This document shows positions 11,325 through 22,818 of a stretch of DNA of 64,000 bases, piece by piece (the first letter of the stretch is position 1; each line of letters opens with the position of its first letter). Below the pieces are notes generated by a model that was not told the origin of the DNA, did not search any database, and worked only from the letters and a program-made list of their open reading frames with translations. Made by a program: the position numbers and the translations under genes. Source of the DNA: Eukaryota sp. TZLM1-RC (lineage: Eukaryota > Protista > Metamonada: BaSk clade); contig JAUPSS010000001.1 in NCBI GenBank assembly GCA_040285825.1, positions 1,178,001 through 1,242,000 of the forward strand. Direction: 5' to 3'.

Positions 11325-11945
11325 TTATCGTCTACATTGTGGACATCCATTATCCCACATATCAATACAACTCATACAATATGTGTGATTACATTTCAAA
11401 TCAATTGGATTGGTAAAATCATCATAACAAATTGCACAACTATGATTGTACTTAAATGTTGGTGATAAATAATCATTTTTACAAACAATTACGTTCTTAT
11501 CACATATTAATTCACAATTTTTGTTGATTGTAAATTTAGTTAAATGATTATTTTTACAATATAAATATTCAAGATTTTCATTTAAATCAATTTCAATTAT
11601 TTGATTATTTTGACAATTTAAAAATTCAAGATTTTCATTACAAATAATTTCAGTTATTTGATTATTAAAATAAATTAATCTTTTAAGATTTTTATTACAA
11701 ATAATTTTAGTTATTTGATTATTTTGACAATCTAAATATTCAAGATTTTCATTTAAATTAATTTCAGTTATTTGATTATTAAAACAAATTAATCTTTTTA
11801 AGATTTTCATTGCAAATAAGTTTAGTTATTTGATTATCAATACAATCTAAATATTCAAGATTTTCATTTAAATTAATTTCAGTTATTTGATTATCACTAC
11901 AATATAATTTTTTTAAAATTTTCATTACAAATAATTTTAGTTATT
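11325..11945 (-). pseudogene. Short-LRR plus C-terminal RING protein (viral type), 5'-truncated
   Basis: 57-bp/19-aa LRR units (LEYLDCQNNQITKIICNKN) and RING CAICYDDF...CNHTYCMSC...CPQCR. Repeats continue upstream through a homopolymer frameshift until filler DNA at ~11945. Confidence 0.85.
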
Positions 11946-12039
11946 CTATTATATTCGAGTGATATTCGAATTATATATACCAATGTATAATATTCGAATT
12001 ATATTAATGGTCACTCGATTAAACGATTCTATCAAAATG

Positions 12040-12740
12040 TTTTCAAAATGGTGTTTTTCGAGAATTTAGTGAGTTAAATGTTGATGGTATACAATCAAAG
12101 ATAAAATTTAATCAGGATGAAATTCCAAGGTTGATACATAATGAAATATTAAAACAAATAGAATATGTTGAATTTGATAAACAAGCAATGGATGATGTGA
12201 TACACGAATATCATGATGAGAGTGCGTATTGTATACAAAATGAAATTTCTGCAAATATTGGTGAAAATGATAATATAATTGGTGAAAAATAAGATGAGAT
12301 TATACAACAACCACAACCACAACAACCAGGTAAATACATACCAGATAATTCATCACACATATATCATTGGATGAGATTTAATATGGCATTAAACTATAAA
12401 AACTTGAAAAAACAAATGGAAAAATACCACAACGATGAGTATGGACCATTACACCCAGAAACCATAGATGCTTTAAATAGAATGGAAGAATCAATAAAAG
12501 ATTTGGGGAGTTCAATAAATCCAAATTTAAGTTTAACTGAAAAAGGAGAAGTAGGTTTTGATAAATTATATCCAATATCAAATAAGATAAAAGAAGATAT
12601 CGAAAACAGTCCACCAAGAGAAATGTATGAATTCCGTGTCGCGCGATCAATAAAAGCGTTAACAAATAAATTAGAGGGGGATGAGGTATCTACTAATGAA
12701 TAATTTTATAGAATGAATGTTCAAGAAGAACAAAGATAAA
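12040..12740 (+). pseudogene. Hypothetical viral-type gene fragment
   Basis: Coding-like sequence with in-frame stops (EK*DEIIQQPQP...MRFNMAL...), starting abruptly after filler DNA. Confidence 0.45.
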
Positions 12741-12746
12741 AAATAA

Positions 12747-13747
12747 TCAATTATATTTAAGTTTATAATCTATTAAATTCATTGTACCCATATTTGAATT
12801 ACATTTAGAACAAATTGGTTCTAAATTTTCCAAGATTGCTTCTCCTCCAGATGCATATGGAACAATGTGACCACACTCAAATCTCATTGATGATATTTTT
12901 TTTGAACAAACAAAACATTCACCAATAACATTTGGATTTCTTTTCTCCCACACTTTTATTCTCAATTCTTCACTTATATGTCGTTTGATAATGAGATTTG
13001 ATAAATCCAAATCTCTGAATGATATCTTTTTTAATAATGTGTTTTCAATTATATTTAACCATTCAAACTTTGTAAATATTCCAACACCTAATCGTTTTTC
13101 AGTATTTTTAATTTTTTATCTGAGAATTGTTTCTCGTGTTATTTTTTGAATTTGTGATAATGATTGACACTGGAAAATATAACTATTAAATTCCTCAAAT
13201 GTATCAATCAACTCACCACTTTTAATTTCAGCTTCACATAACCGTTGGCCAAATTTTGTTCTTGCTAAAATATCTGTGAGAGTTTTAATTGAAATGTGTG
13301 GTTTATGTACAATGTTTGTTGTTTTTAAAATGAACCATAGTTATTTTGCAAATATGATAAGAATGGTGCAATGATTGATGATGTGTCTGAAATATAAACT
13401 TCATTCATTGGTAAATACTTATTCAAACTCACAAACAATTGCCTCATTTGTTGTTCAGATTCACATTTATGAACAGGTGCTGATATTTGATAATCAAAAT
13501 GTCCAACCTGTAATAATTTTTTAAAACACTCACAACGATGTTGACCATCAATTAAAAAATATTTTCCATTCAATTCAGCAATAGAAATTGATTGTCTAAT
13601 TAATGGACCACAATTGTAATTGAGATAATCCATAGCATCATTAAACAATTTATCAACATAATCAACATCAATTGGACTTTGTGCTGAATATGATTCAATT
13701 TTTATCAACTCTGAAATATTGGAGGTTAATGATGATGAGTGAATCAT
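12747..13747 (-). pseudogene. ParB/Srx-like DGQHR domain plus C-terminal HNH endonuclease
   Basis: YFLIDGQHR at the N-terminus; LRIKVW...CFVC...FECGHIVPYASGG...NLEPICSKCNSNMG at the C-terminus. The two track ORFs are bridged by coding sequence with one frameshift (~13325) and one stop. Confidence 0.75.
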
Positions 13748-13799
13748 TTCTATTTCAATTATTCAATTTGTCTCTATATATTTATTTTTTCATTCGTAA

Positions 13800-15396
13800 A
13801 TGAAATCATATCAAATACAAGGTGGTAAACTTGTTCAAATTAATAACATCTCATTGGATAAAACATCCGTCTTTTATATTAAATATCAATGGTGAACAAC
13901 ACATATTATCATCAGAATTAATTGGGGATTATATTCAGAAACATAATGATTTAAAACCAATGGAAAAATTATTAGAGTTTGTTGTTCCAATATCAACTGA
14001 TTCGGATTTTATCCTGAAATCATTTTCAATATTAACTGTGAATAAATTCAACACGGAAATGACAAATGAACAACCAGTTTTTGACATTAATGAACAATAT
14101 GTGCAAAATTATATTGATGGGAATGATTATGAAAAATTAGCAAAAGAATTCACCACAATATTTCATTCAAAAGAAATTCCCATAAAAGATACTATTGTTG
14201 CAATTGGAAATGATAACATCCACAAACATTTGGGAGATGTTGAAATGAAGACTATTAGCAGTGACTGTGAGGAATGTGATGACTTTAAAGACTCAACTGA
14301 ATATGCTCGGGGAATTTTCCACCACTCATCATTAAATGATAATCTTAAATATTTTGATTTCATAAATAAATATGCTGAAAATTTTCTTTTAATTGAGTAT
14401 AATAATTACCATCCACTAATTGCAATTATTGAAAATTACAAAGATAACTTTTGGAAAGAAAATAATTTTAATAATCACTTAACAACGGATGATTGGATTG
14501 GTGTTTTTAATGCTAATTTGAATGAATTTGTTTTAAATATTAATGTCGATGGTGATTATATTTATGTTGTTGGTAAAAGAAATGTGTCTGGTGGTTCACA
14601 TCTTCAATTTGAGGAACAATATGGAGAACACATTCAACCACATATACAGGAAGAGGTAGATTTGGTAGAAGAACAACACATTCCTGTTGAAGGATTACAA
14701 GAACCAGTTCTTAGACAGAGTGATGTATTTGAAGAGGAATTGGATGCACAAATTATTGGTGAGGTTGGTGGTGAACCTTTTCCAGAAGAAGCTCAAGAGG
14801 TTGTTGATGTTATCGTGGAGGAACAATACAGGGAAAATATTGATGAACCAATTCTACAAGAGCAATCAGATTATGTCGAACAAATAGAACATGAAGAAAT
14901 ACTTGATGAAGACCCTGATATTCGCGTTGAAAATTTGGATGAAGTAATTGTTTTGGAAGATACCCAACCATCGGCTCCTGAACCAGTTGTTTATGAAGAT
15001 GAACCACCAATTCATATTCCACAACAAATTCCTAGACGTAGACCACAACAAGTCCAAAGAAGACCACAACAAGTCCAAAGAAGACCACAACAAATTCCTA
15101 GACGTAGACCAATAACAATTTTAAATTCACTTGGACAATTGGAAACAATATGGATTGACGAATATGATGATGAATTGATTATTATTGAGGAAATTCAATT
15201 ACCAACACACACAACAGTTAAAAACAATCCATTAAATGATTTTGTTTCACTAGATGGTCAACATAAAAAATTTCGAGATATTTCTCCATCAGCACTAACA
15301 AAATATCCTTCAAATGAGGCAATTGTTGATGATATTTTAAAATTTGATATATCATTTCCATATAGACACTTATATATTCCAAAACTTTTGAAATGA
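13800..15396 (+). CDS. Hypothetical acidic viral-type protein with PQQ(I/V)xRR repeats
   Basis: 524-aa track ORF starts at GTG; likely ATG at 13800 with an early frameshift. E/D-rich middle; 21-24-bp tandem repeats at 15019-15110. Confidence 0.6.
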
Positions 15397-15789
15397 AGAA
15401 GAAATTAGCCACATTAAAAAATAGATGTATTGTATAACTTACATCAATAAATTTAAGTAGATATAATTTTAATAGTTTAGGACAATTTCATATCAATAAA
15501 TATATTCTAGATCATTTGATTTATTTTCGTTAAGATTGAACTATAAATCCACATCCAATATTTGAAGAAAATTTAATATTATTGAAAATATTTAAATGAA
15601 TTAAGTTTTAAAAAAATGAATTATTATATTATTAATGTCACTTTCTGAATGATTGGTGGATATATATATTCTTGAATTATTCTGTATAATGATATATATA
15701 TATTATATTTTATATTCTGTATAATTCGAATTCTGTTTTATAGAATACAATGTATATTCTATATGGTATATATTAAAAGATATTCATTT

Positions 15790-16567
15790 TTTTAGTTTCG
15801 TTCTACATATTCTTTAACATTTGCATTGTAGTAATATCCCTTAAAATATTTGTTTTTGTACTCATCAAATTCTCCATCGTAACTAATTTTTTCAATGTTG
15901 GGACAATTAATTTCACGTAGTGGATTGTCTCTACAATCCAACTCTTTTAAATTACCACTAATTGTTGTTAATTTGTTGTTACTACAAACACATCTTTTGA
16001 GTGAATCGTTAAAATTAATTTCTTCCAGTTTATTGAAATCAATGTAAATGAAATCAAAGTGAAACTTTTGATTGAATTATTGTGACAATTTAATTTTTTC
16101 AACTTCTCGTTTGGTTCAATTGATTCTAACTTGTTAAATTGTACAATTAATTCTACTAGATTCGGACCACAAGTAAGTTTTGTTAAATTGCCGTATCCAA
16201 TGTTTAACTTTTCAAGATTTGGCCCACATTCAAATTCGGACAATTGATTGTAAGAAAGATCTAATGTTTTTAAACTTGGCGGACAATTTAATTTTGTCAA
16301 ACTACCATTCATTTTAATATTTTATACAACATTGTTTAAAATTAAAGATTTAATTTTAAATGCTTTAACTTCTAATTCTTTGAAACTAGTATTAGAAATA
16401 TCAAGATGTGTGATGAGTCCTTCAACCATTAATTTTGAATCTTTAATTACAAATCTAGGATTACCTTTAATTATTTTGTAAATGATTTTCTCGTTGTTAA
16501 ATTCGTATACTTGAGTCATATTTATATTATAACCCTCAGTCATTTTCGAAATATAATCTTGAGTCAT
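15790..16567 (-). pseudogene. Short-LRR protein (viral type), disrupted
   Basis: SLKTLDLSYNQL, NLEKLNIGYGNL and KLKKLNCHNNSI repeats across broken ORFs. Confidence 0.7.
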
Positions 16568-16624
16568 TTTATCGAAAAAAATTTGATTTATATTAAAGAG
16601 AAAAATTTAGGCATATTTAAATTT

Positions 16625-17049
16625 TTTATTTTATAATAATTTTTACAATCAAATAAATGTTATGTGACATCAACTATATTACCATTAATTATATATATTG
16701 GTGCATAACCTTTTTTTAACAAATGGTTTATATTTATTCAACAACAAATATGAAATACACAATTAAAACTCCACATCCTCAAAACCTGCCTAACCACTAA
16801 ATAATTGTTTAAAATTATTCATTTCTTCTAAAGGTATTTGAAATTCTACACGAGCAAATGCTTTTTTAATTTTTCCACCAAACATTTTTGCTCCTAATTT
16901 TGCATGTGAATGTGATGCCGTTTTTACATTAATATAAAAACAATCTTCATCAGGTTCTATTAATGGTTGATCGATGAGATTACAATAAATTTCTAATAGT
17001 TGTCAAGTTTTTTAGTCATTGGATTGAAATTAGTTATTAAATTATACAT
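16625..17049 (-). pseudogene. Hypothetical viral-type gene interrupted by an 80-bp retroelement tail
   Basis: ATG 17049 after AAAAAAATGA; the frame ...FKQLFSG|YAPIYIING is restored on removing 16711-16790. Confidence 0.55.
16711..16790 (-). mobile_element. Extremely 5'-truncated family D non-LTR insertion (80 bp)
   Basis: Matches the family D 3' end at ~48927-48985 (GGCAGGTTTTGAGGATGTGGAGTTTTAATTGTGTATTTCATATTTGTTGTTGAATAAA); short A tail; TSD TAACC at 16706-16710 / 16791-16795. Confidence 0.85.
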
Positions 17050-17064
17050 TTTCTTAAAAAATAA

Positions 17065-17534
17065 TCATTTTTTTAATTCATTTCTAACATTCATTAAACA
17101 AATACCTAGTAAATTTTTACCTCTCCAAGCTTTACCATTTTTAGCATCACGTTCATTAATTCCAATCCCATAGATATTATCATATGGAGATGCTTCTGCA
17201 ATAAAACGTTCACCTGTGTTAGTAGTAGGATTTTTTTCAAATCATCGTTTTGTGAAAACTTTGCCAAATTAGCACGAAAAATCACATCTTCTCGATTTTG
17301 TTTCCAAATTCGTTCATTATAATTTAAAACTTTTCTTCCATATCTTTTTTGTTGTGATGGATCATGTGATGTTAAAATTTTATTCAATGATTTCACATCA
17401 CCAAATAATCTAGCTTTTTCTGCCATCATGTATTGCTCACAACAATTATATTCAATGTTGTCAACAATAAAAGTAGATGGATATTATTGAGAAAATGATG
17501 AATGTTTTTTCCAGAAATATACTACACTTGACAT
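17065..17534 (-). pseudogene. NADAR (YbiA-like) family protein
   Basis: MSSVVYFW...FSQ*YPSTF...EQYMMAEKARLFGD...GRKV...AKFSQN...AEASPYDNIYGIG...WRGKNLLG; one stop (at the usual FSQW Trp position) and one frameshift. Confidence 0.9.
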
Positions 17535-17549
17535 TTAAAAACAATAAAA

Positions 17550-18219
17550 TCATTTTTTTGTAAAATTAATAGAATACAACCTATTAAATTCTGGTTTAAG
17601 TTTAAAATCATAGAGTATGATTAAACAATAAAAATCTAATTTATTTTTCTTTGGTTTAAATTTAATGTTTAAATAATCAAAATCTGTTGATTGTTTGGGT
17701 GGAAATGCTACTTGACAAAAGTTAAATCCAAAAAGTAATAAATATTTGATATGTTTCGACTGATTTTTGGAATATTGCATTTAACAAAATTTTTAAATAC
17801 CTTTTGAATTTTTTTATCATATTTTTTTGCACATTTATCACAACAAAATTGACAATATGCAATTTTTATTATAATATTCAAATGTTCAACATTTCCATTT
17901 ATATTTATATATTTTAAAATTTCTTTTAAATGTGTTATGTTTGGTGCAATGGCAACTGATAAAAGTATTGTTGTTAATTGTGTGGTATACATTTTTCATA
18001 GTACATACTTCATTTTGACCGTGTTTGTAATTAACAAAATTTGAAATTTCATCTTGATAATCTTTAACTAAGTTTCTTTTTGATATATTAATTCTTCCAT
18101 ATTTATTTACCATTTCCAAATAAAATGCACCTTTTTTTAGATTATGAGTTTTTCCTTTTTGAATTTCGTTTTCAAGTAGATGTGAAAATATTTTTTTAAC
18201 GCAAATATGGGAATAACAT
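17550..18219 (-). pseudogene. Hypothetical viral-type gene, frameshifted
   Basis: Three overlapping track ORFs chain from ATG 18219, which follows AAAAATGA. Confidence 0.5.
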
Positions 18220-18329
18220 TTTCAAAAAAAATATTCATTTTTATCTCAAATAACTAACAACATCAAATTCACGTTCAACTTTACTCAACAATTCAACACT
18301 TTCATCAAATCTTTTAGTTAAATCACATT

Positions 18330-21300
18330 GTGGAATGTAATATTCATCTTGTCCAAGTATTCAAAGAACAAAATGGTCATGATCAAAAATCATTATTATA
18401 TTTAATTAATAAATTTGGTTCTACTCGTAGATTTGTTAAAGTTATGAATTTCAACAAAACTGTTAAACTTGATAGAAATTTATATTTCTCGTTTGCTAGC
18501 ATCAATTGTCTTCGATCGTGTCAAAGACAAAGCTTCTACATTTTTGAATCCTCATCAATTTGGAATCAAAACAATTGATGGTGCTTCTGTTGCTGCTATT
18601 GCCTCTGATACCTTTTTTAATGCAGAGGAAAATAATTTTATTTTTAATCTCGACTTTAAAAATGCTTTTAATTCTGTAAAGCGAGAAGTAATTTTTGAAG
18701 TTATTAAATCTGATTTTCCTGAGCTATCGAGTTTTTTCTACCATTTTTATGGAAAAGAATCAGATTTAATTTTTAATTCATTTGGTCTTAAATCATCTTC
18801 TGGAGTGAAGCAGGGAGATCCTTTAGGCCCATTATTGTTTTGTTTAGCTATTCACAAAACTTTAAATATCATTAAGCAAAAATACCCTTCTATAAAAATA
18901 GTTGCTTATATGGATGATATATCCTTGATTGGTTCATTTGATTTACTAGAATTGGTTGCTCAAGAAATTGCCGATTCATATGAAAATATTGGGCTTCATC
19001 TTAATGCCAGCAAATGCCTTCTGATTGGCTCTTCTGCTCAAGACCTCGTGATAAACGATTCTATTGTCCCTTTTACTAATTATAGTAGTGATGCTTTTAA
19101 GTTCCTTGGTTGTTGGTTAGGAAATGTGCCTCAAATTCAGAATGAATTGCAAGTTATTTTGGAAAAAATGAAAATTGAACTTGATTCAATTTCTTCTTTA
19201 GATATAGAAAAGCATATTAAATTTTTCATGCTTAAAATTTGCTACACTGGGAGAATAACCCACATTTTGAGATCTTGTGCTCCTTCCATAGCATTAGATT
19301 TTTGTCGTTCTTTTAATTCATTGAGAACAGAATTTTTTTGCTGATTTATTGGATGTAGAACCAGGAATGTTGAAAAGCCATTTATTTTCTTCAGCAAATT
19401 TGGGTGGTATTGGTTTTACTAAATCTTCAATTTTGTGTCAATCAGCATTCTTGGGTGGTGGCAAAAATTTTATTTATGAATTTTCTCGTAGATTTCCTGA
19501 TGATTCTCATCTGTTAGTCCCCAATTGTAGTCCCTATTTGTATGAGTTATCTTGTGAACTTGAAAAATTACCGCCACAAATTTGGACCAAATGTTTTCCT
19601 CAATCAATTCAAGAAATTCCAAACCGATCTCTATTTAATTTACAGTTTTGCTGTAAAAAGCTTCAACAAAAATTGTCAAAGATTTTTGAAAGCTTGGATT
19701 TTGATGTTAGACTTGGCTTGGCCAAGAAAAAGAATCCCGCTTTTGCAAATCTTTTACAAGATATGTGTGACAGTACTTCTTCTGCCTTAGTAACAACAAT
19801 TCCACAAGTTTATGGTACTCTCTTATCCGATTCTGCTTGGACTCTGAATATGAGATTTCGTTCCTTTATCTGGCCTGATAATTTACCTCATAATTTAATT
19901 TGTAAATGTTCTCGAGAAATTACAACTACTCATTTGTTAAATTGTAAACATTTTATTACTTTTTAGAAGCAAGGTTCATGATGCTGTAAGAGACCAGTTA
20001 TATTGTATGTGTAAATCTCATAGAATTGAATCCTTCTTGGAACCTTTGTTGTCAAATCTGTTTGATGCTGAAAATGATTTTCATAAGAATAATAGAGGTG
20101 ATGTCATATTACCTGGATTAGATGGAAGCTTCATTTTATTGGATGTAATGTCTGTTGATCCTTGTAATGCCTCAAATGAAAGGCTTGTTAATTCTGAAAT
20201 TCATAATCCCCTTTCAAATGCTGAAAATTTTAAATTCAAAAAATACAATGAACCTTTGTCCAAATTGGCCAGTCTACAGCATGCAAAAATACAATTTGTA
20301 TCCATTTGTATTTTCCCTTTTTGGTTCACTTGCACCAACTGCTTTACGTTTTTTGGATGATTTTGAAATGATTGTAAAGAGAAGAACTGGCAGAAATTTC
20401 AACAGATTGTTTTGGCAAAAATAGAATTGTGTTTTCTATTTTTAAGGGGATGTTGAAGATGGTTTCTGATGCTTTGCTTTCTCTTGGATCTCACTATGAG
20501 AGAGTTGCATCTAGTGTTTTTGTTTTGGGAGAGATGGATTTTTTTAGATGTTGATTTATAGGTTTAGAATAAAATTAAATTTTAAAAAAAAATTTATATT
20601 TAAAACAAGAACCAACTGTTAAAATTGAAGGAAAAGATGATGATGGGTCATTTGGTTATAATGAATATAAATGTAATGTATTTTCAAAGACAATGGATGT
20701 TAATGAAATAAATGAATGGTTAACTGATAGAAAAAAAGATTATCGAGAATACACAGCTCAACAAGCTATTAAAAATAATAAATTACTTGTTAATACTGAA
20801 TATGGATGTTTTTCTTTTAAATCAACCACTAATTTTTCAAATAAGTTTTTTGACCAGAAAGATGAATTGATCAAAATACTTGACTTTTTCCAAAACAATA
20901 AGGAATGGTATGAGAAAAAGGGAATTCCACACACATTAGGAATTTTATTATATGGACCACCTACAACTGGTAAAACCTCAATTATCAAGTCTATTATGAA
21001 TTATTTAAAACGTGATGCTCATATAGTAAAACTAACAAAATATTCAAATCCTTATATAAATGAAACATTACACAATTCTAGATGTATTGTTGTATTCGAG
21101 GATATTGATTGTTTGGATGGAATAACCACTAATAGAAATGGAGAAATTCCAAAGAGGAACGAAAAAGAATTAACTGAATATAAGAATCAAAATACTAACA
21201 AAAAGGAAATCACACTTCAAGAAATATTAAATATATTAGATGGATTAGATGAGGGTAGCGATAGATTAATTATTATGACAACAAATCATCCTGAAAAATT

Positions 21301-21514
21301 GGATCCAGCAATTACCAGACCCGGTAGAATTGACATCAAGTTGGAAATGCCTAATGCGTCATTGAAATCATTACAGGATATCATTAATCATTTCTACAAT
21401 AGTAATATTATAGTAACAAATAAAGAATTAGACAAAAAATTCTCACCAGCTGAAATTGTTAATATGTGTAGAACAAACACTTTAGATGAATTATGTTTAA
21501 AATTAGATTTATAA
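18330..21514 (+). pseudogene. BCS1-like AAA+ ATPase, split by a family A retrotransposon
   Basis: WYEKKGIPHTLGILLYGPPTTGKTS, VVFEDID, MTTNHPEKLDPAITRPGRID. Removing the insertion yields KLDRNLY|LKQEPTVKIEG...SKTMDVNE in frame. The 5' end appears lost at ~18330. Confidence 0.88.
18488..20589 (+). mobile_element. 5'-truncated CRE-like non-LTR retrotransposon, family A
   Basis: RT (QFGI, LDFKNAFNS, GVKQGDPLGPLLF, AYMDD), CxC...H..C zinc motif, RLE (VHDAVRD...RGD...D...KY), AATAAA plus A tail, 12-bp TSD AAATTTATATTT (18476-18487 / 20590-20601). Confidence 0.95.
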
Positions 21515-21546
21515 TGTGTAATTAAAAAAATGATTTTATTTTTTTA

Positions 21547-22777
21547 ATGTTTTCTTCAATTGATTGCTACATATTATGGCAATATTTTTGGATATTCTTT
21601 CTAATAAAAGAGTGGTTCATTATTCATAGATGTAAAAATAATTTTCAAAATTTTTACATTTTGCACAAAACTTTAGAATTTGATTTTTGGATATTGCTTT
21701 GAAATGATTCATCGAGTTGAAAAAAATATAAAAATGTTAAAAGACTATCGTTTGAAAAAAAGAATTTATGTAAGTGGAAATATTAAAAAGAAATTAGAAT
21801 TTTAAATCTCATTCTAAAATTACGAGGAAGAGTTGGTGATTTTTTCAGATATGATATTGGACATCACGAATGGATTAAATTATTGAAAAAAAGACTTGAT
21901 GTTTATAAATTTGCAAAAAAGTGGAATATAATGGATAAACAAATGATTGAGGATTGTTTCATTAGATCAAAAACAAAATCAATCAATGAAACATTCTCAC
22001 ATTTACCACACCAATTTTTAGTTGACTATAAAAAAGATAGAGAATTGTGTGAAAATTGTTTTAACTTTTCAAAGTATTGTAATGAATGTAAGTATTGTGA
22101 TAATTGCACATTTACAAATATTTCAACAAATAAATGTATTGGATGTGAATTTTGTTTTCAAGGATATTTATTTTTATTCAACAACAAATATGTTCGTTAG
22201 AGGAATTACAAGGGTCAATAGACATGGCGTCCAAAATAGTAAAACTACCATTTAAACCAGAAACAACTAGATTACCTCTAGTCAGACCCATAGAAGCTCT
22301 GTTGTAACGCGTACTATCAATATTGGGATCATCAAGAATTAATTTTGATAGCAGCGGTTCTAAAAAGGAATCTACACGATATGATTTGCACATTACATAA
22401 ATTTGGTCCCTGACGTTATTATGCACTTTGCTTCTAAACGTAATGAAATGTTTACAGTTCAAAAGATGAGTAAACAAAAGAGGTTTACCACATTTACAAG
22501 TTAAATGATTGGGCAAATTGTTTGGCCACAGAAAACAACGAAAACGCATGTTTAGAAGCCATTCATTGTCTTTTAACAAAAGTCCATAAACAGAGGGAAC
22601 TTGAGTTACTAAAGCAGCAGCTGAACTATCACGAATATCCTTTAAAAAATTACCGAAAGCGGGATTTTTAGTTTTGGATGTGAATGTGGAGAATATATTT
22701 GTGAAAAATGCAAAAAATGTTTTAGTTGTGATTATGATGTAAAACCAATATACCAATATAATTATGGTTGGGATTAA
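21547..22777 (+). pseudogene. Cys-rich (CxxC repeat) viral-type gene, split by a family D insertion
   Basis: ATG 21547 after AAAAAAATGA; CENC...CNECKYCDNC...CIGCE|CGEYICEKCKKCFSC...GWD* is restored across the insertion. Confidence 0.7.
22151..22673 (-). mobile_element. 5'-truncated, internally deleted CRE-like element, family D
   Basis: 12-bp TSD TTGGATGTGAAT (22139-22150 / 22674-22685); CKCGK...HLLNCKH...VHNNVRD; nearly identical to 48343-48575, then jumps to the 3' UTR. Confidence 0.9.
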
Positions 22778-22818
22778 TTTTTTTTTGATTTATAAATTAT
22801 TCATTATAAACATATTAA

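Noticed and set aside
17480-17492. Probable TGG>TAA in NADAR as evidence of targeted G>A hypermutation
   Set aside because: Single instance; other stop codons in the window do not follow the pattern.
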